The notes beneath the pieces were generated by a model. It saw only the letters and a program-made list of their open reading frames with translations, was not told the DNA's origin and made no database searches. A DNA stretch of 64,000 nt from an uncultured Gammaproteobacteria bacterium (lineage in GTDB: Bacteria; Pseudomonadota; Gammaproteobacteria; JACCXJ01). A program made the position numbers and the translations under genes. Shown here piece after piece: positions 61,319 through 64,000 of this stretch (the first letter of the stretch is position 1; every line of letters begins with the position of its first letter). The DNA lies in the NCBI GenBank assembly GCA_963764725.1, contig CAVXTM010000001.1:96001-160000 (forward strand). Direction: 5' to 3'.

Positions 61319-62410
61319 TCAGACATTAGATAGGGAATCCTCAAGTTCGGAAACCGTCCAATTGAGACCTAAGAGCGCCTGCTCGAATGCGTGATTCTCA
61401 AGGGGGCACAGCAAGGGCGCTAGGTTTCTGCGTTCGCCGTCGCCGGGGAAAAGCGGAAACCAAGTTGAAGTGGGGAGAGAATAGTAAACGGTCAACACGT
61501 AGCGTGACCGTGCTTGAATACGGCCACCGTAATGGAAACAGCGGTTAGTATCGCAAAAAATAGCTGTACCCTGAGGCCCAGTACAGACTTTCTCTCGACC
61601 TTGACCAACGATTCGATACACCTCTTCGTCCTCCAAGCGACCGGTGCGGTAGTTCAACTGCCGGGCCACTGTATGCGATAGTTCCGCCGGAAGGGCAGTA
61701 AAGGGTCCGGTCTCTGCATCCACGTCGGTAAGGTAGATGAGCACCTTGATCTGCATGATATCTTCAGGATCGCGGTGATACAGGTGCGATGACCACTTCA
61801 GAATTTCTCTGCAGCTCGCCCGGTTGATATCAAAGCCAAACAGAACCGGGAGACACCCAAAATAGCGGATAATAGGGACGATGAGATTAGGGTCTAGAGC
61901 GAGTTGCGCAATTGCTGACCCGGAATCGAAGTCCTTTTGGGAACTTGCAATATAATCAAGGCTTCCCTTCGACGGCAGTTCGTCGGCTTCCCGTTGTACA
62001 ATCTTCTTCCTAGCCTCCGCCTGGGCTATATCAAATGGACGATACCCCTTTAAGCGTACGATGCCGATGCTCTGGCCAGGTTCGATCCTAAAGTCAGGAT
62101 AGATGAGCTTCTCTTGGAAGCTAGCAATATAATCAGCACCTAGCTTTCTTCTGACCTCAAAAATCTCATGCTTCAGTGCCTTTGCTATTTGATGATAAAA
62201 CAGTCGCTCAGCTACCGTCCCTCGGGTGCGAATATAGTCGCGATCGAGCAAATGAACTAATTTTTCGAGCTTTGCTTGACGGTGATCGTCTTGTGAAGGC
62301 TGGCGAGTCGGTATTTTCAACTTCTGCGAGAGCGCCGTCCGCGTGAGACGGGCGCGTTTGCGTAACTTCCGCAAGGTTCCCGTAAGGTGAGTAAGGAACG
62401 ATTGCCCCAT
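61319..62410 (-). CDS. Putative Fe(II)/2OG dioxygenase (PhyH-like)
   Basis: YHRD...KVLIYLTDV...GPF...GTAIFCDT..CFHYG.....R. Confidence 0.7.
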   Translation of the reverse strand: MGQSFLTHLTGTLRKLRKRARLTRTALSQKLKIPTRQPSQDDHRQAKLEKLVHLLDRDYIRTRGTVAERLFYHQIAKALKHEIFEVRRKLGADYIASFQEKLIYPDFRIEPGQSIGIVRLKGYRPFDIAQAEARKKIVQREADELPSKGSLDYIASSQKDFDSGSAIAQLALDPNLIVPIIRYFGCLPVLFGFDINRASCREILKWSSHLYHRDPEDIMQIKVLIYLTDVDAETGPFTALPAELSHTVARQLNYRTGRLEDEEVYRIVGQGREKVCTGPQGTAIFCDTNRCFHYGGRIQARSRYVLTVYYSLPTSTWFPLFPGDGERRNLAPLLCPLENHAFEQALLGLNWTVSELEDSLSNV

Positions 62411-62479
62411 ATCCTTCTTCAGTTTTTCGCCGGGATTCGATGGCAGGTGGCCATCAACAGACCTTAAAGATGATGTCCT

Positions 62480-63370
62480 CTACCACTTGCGGATCGCGAA
62501 CGCCACTCCATATCCGACTTCATCAAAGGCCCAGGACGAAAACCGTGGATCGTCGGCGACGATACGGCACCACACTTCCCGCAGTTCCGGGGTCGTCGGG
62601 TGACCAATGTCGTCGAAGACGATCGCCCCTCCGACGGCAAGATAAGGTAGCACATCGCAGAGATCCTGCGCGGCGCCGAGACTCGAATGGTCTCCGTCGA
62701 CCGTTATTAGATCGAATACGGCATCGGAGTGATCCGCAAAGTACCGAGGCAGGGTATCATGTGAATTTCCGTCGATAAACTCACAGTTTCCCCTGTGTCC
62801 GACCTTGGCCAGCTCGTGCCGCACAAGCTCCGGCCCGGGATTGTCCATTCCCGCGTAGTTGCCTATCCACATATCGAACAGAGCCAACTCGCAGGACGGC
62901 GCCAGGCTCGCCACGGCGCAGACGCTACGGCCACGCCTGACACCGACTTCCAGGTAACGTTGAGGCCCTAGATGCTCGGTAAGGGCCAAGAGCACCGTAA
63001 TAATATCCGCGTAACGCCAGTCCTCGCGGTAACGCTTTAGTCCCTCCCCATAGAAACCCAACAGGTATTCAGCATAGTCGTCGCGCGTAAGCTGCTTGAG
63101 AAGATCGCAGGCTTTCTCGACGTACGACGCCGTCGATCCGAGAACCTGTTGGCCCAGAGCTTGGGCACCCACCATAGGAGGCGGATACCACGCTGTTTTC
63201 CCCGCCGGTATCTGGTAGCTGACTGCATCTACACAGGTACACTGGTCCTTGTACTTCGGCGACGGTAGGTCGGTGCGCGCATCGATTAAGCCCTTCGATG
63301 AGATCGCTACCTTGGATCTGATTAAAGTCAACACAGACTTTCGAATACTTCCCATGTCGGACGGCCTCAT
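62480..63370 (-). CDS. Class I SAM-dependent methyltransferase (Methyltransf_24-like)
   Basis: YLEVGVRRGRS, GNSH, DLITVDGDHS, GGAIVFDD. Confidence 0.9.
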   Translation of the reverse strand: MRPSDMGSIRKSVLTLIRSKVAISSKGLIDARTDLPSPKYKDQCTCVDAVSYQIPAGKTAWYPPPMVGAQALGQQVLGSTASYVEKACDLLKQLTRDDYAEYLLGFYGEGLKRYREDWRYADIITVLLALTEHLGPQRYLEVGVRRGRSVCAVASLAPSCELALFDMWIGNYAGMDNPGPELVRHELAKVGHRGNCEFIDGNSHDTLPRYFADHSDAVFDLITVDGDHSSLGAAQDLCDVLPYLAVGGAIVFDDIGHPTTPELREVWCRIVADDPRFSSWAFDEVGYGVAFAIRKW

Positions 63371-63948
63371 ATACGTTTGATCGGCACCGCGGGATTTCCC
63401 GCCGCGACAACAGCGCCGGGGAGATCGTTGGTCACCACACTGCCGGCAGCGACGATGGTGTTTTCGCCGATGCTGACTCCTTTCATTATTAGACTATTCA
63501 TCCCGATCCAGCAGCGCCGCCCAATTCGGACAGGTGCCGCGGCGATCGAAAGTGTCCGGTTATTCGGACGACCGAGCATGCTCCTGAAGTGTAATTCTCT
63601 TTCGAAGGGGTCCAGAGGATGAGTATCATTGTCGAAAATCTGCACTCCGTGGGCAACAAGTGTCGAATCGCCGATGACAATGCGCTCAGCAGCGCTGATT
63701 AATACGTCGTCCCCAATATAGCAGCAGCTCCCTATCGCTATGGAGCCATTGGCTTCGTTTCGTATGATTCCCCGAATGACCGCCTCGGGTTTTATTACCA
63801 CGGTTTCGGCGGAATTGAGGTTGATCAATCGGGCTGTGACCGATAGCCTCACCATCTCGCCTATAACCGACTGCGCTGCGAAGCGGCGCCAGACCGACCG
63901 TAACTGTAGTCCTCCCGAAAAACTAGCGACCTCGCGGACGGCATCCAA
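63367..63948 (-). CDS. Hexapeptide-repeat acyltransferase (frame stays open to right edge)
   Basis: IG..CYIG, DNDTH, IGRRCWIG, GVSIG.NTIVAAGSVV, AGNPA. Confidence 0.9.
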   Translation of the reverse strand: MDAVREVASFSGGLQLRSVWRRFAAQSVIGEMVRLSVTARLINLNSAETVVIKPEAVIRGIIRNEANGSIAIGSCCYIGDDVLISAAERIVIGDSTLVAHGVQIFDNDTHPLDPFERELHFRSMLGRPNNRTLSIAAAPVRIGRRCWIGMNSLIMKGVSIGENTIVAAGSVVTNDLPGAVVAAGNPAVPIKRI

Positions 63949-64000
63949 TAGATTGCGTGGCCGGAGGTGTGCCTGACCGTTGGCGAACGCGTGGTCATCC

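Noticed and set aside
61135-61344. 69-aa ORF between the dioxygenase and the SDR
   Set aside because: No recognisable motif; may be spacer or a gene remnant

Overview
GC-rich gammaproteobacterial chromosome segment in three parts. (1) 1-20.8 kb is an accessory, partly decaying region. It holds an amidohydrolase, GST, an AidB-like dehydrogenase, SixA, an M28 peptidase, NfeD/stomatin and a Crp regulator, plus many gene stubs (threonine dehydratase, IS1182, large serine recombinase, Na+/H+ antiporter, IS3), integron-cassette (attC) remnants with no integrase, and a HigBA-bearing islet bounded by a duplicated fumC 3' end. (2) 20.8-51.2 kb is mostly core genes (fumC, ppx, pdxB, queA-tgt-yajC-secD-secF, pcm, fleQ, dksA, queF, lpxK-ycaR-kdsB, csp, infA, bpt, aat). 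Inserted among them are an FRG-domain gene, a second HigBA, three copies of a ~140-bp IS5-like MITE and an uncharacterised periplasmic triad: MauG-like diheme enzyme, Tat metallophosphoesterase and SoxA/TsdA-like His/Cys cytochrome. (3) 51.2-64 kb is a surface-glycan cluster (gmd, fcl, GT2, sulfotransferases, transketolase, CMP-sugar synthetase, ALDH, SDR, 2OG dioxygenase, methyl- and acyltransferase) with two single-base frameshifts. No rRNA, tRNA or CRISPR array was recognised. All calls come from reading motifs by eye; no database searches were run.
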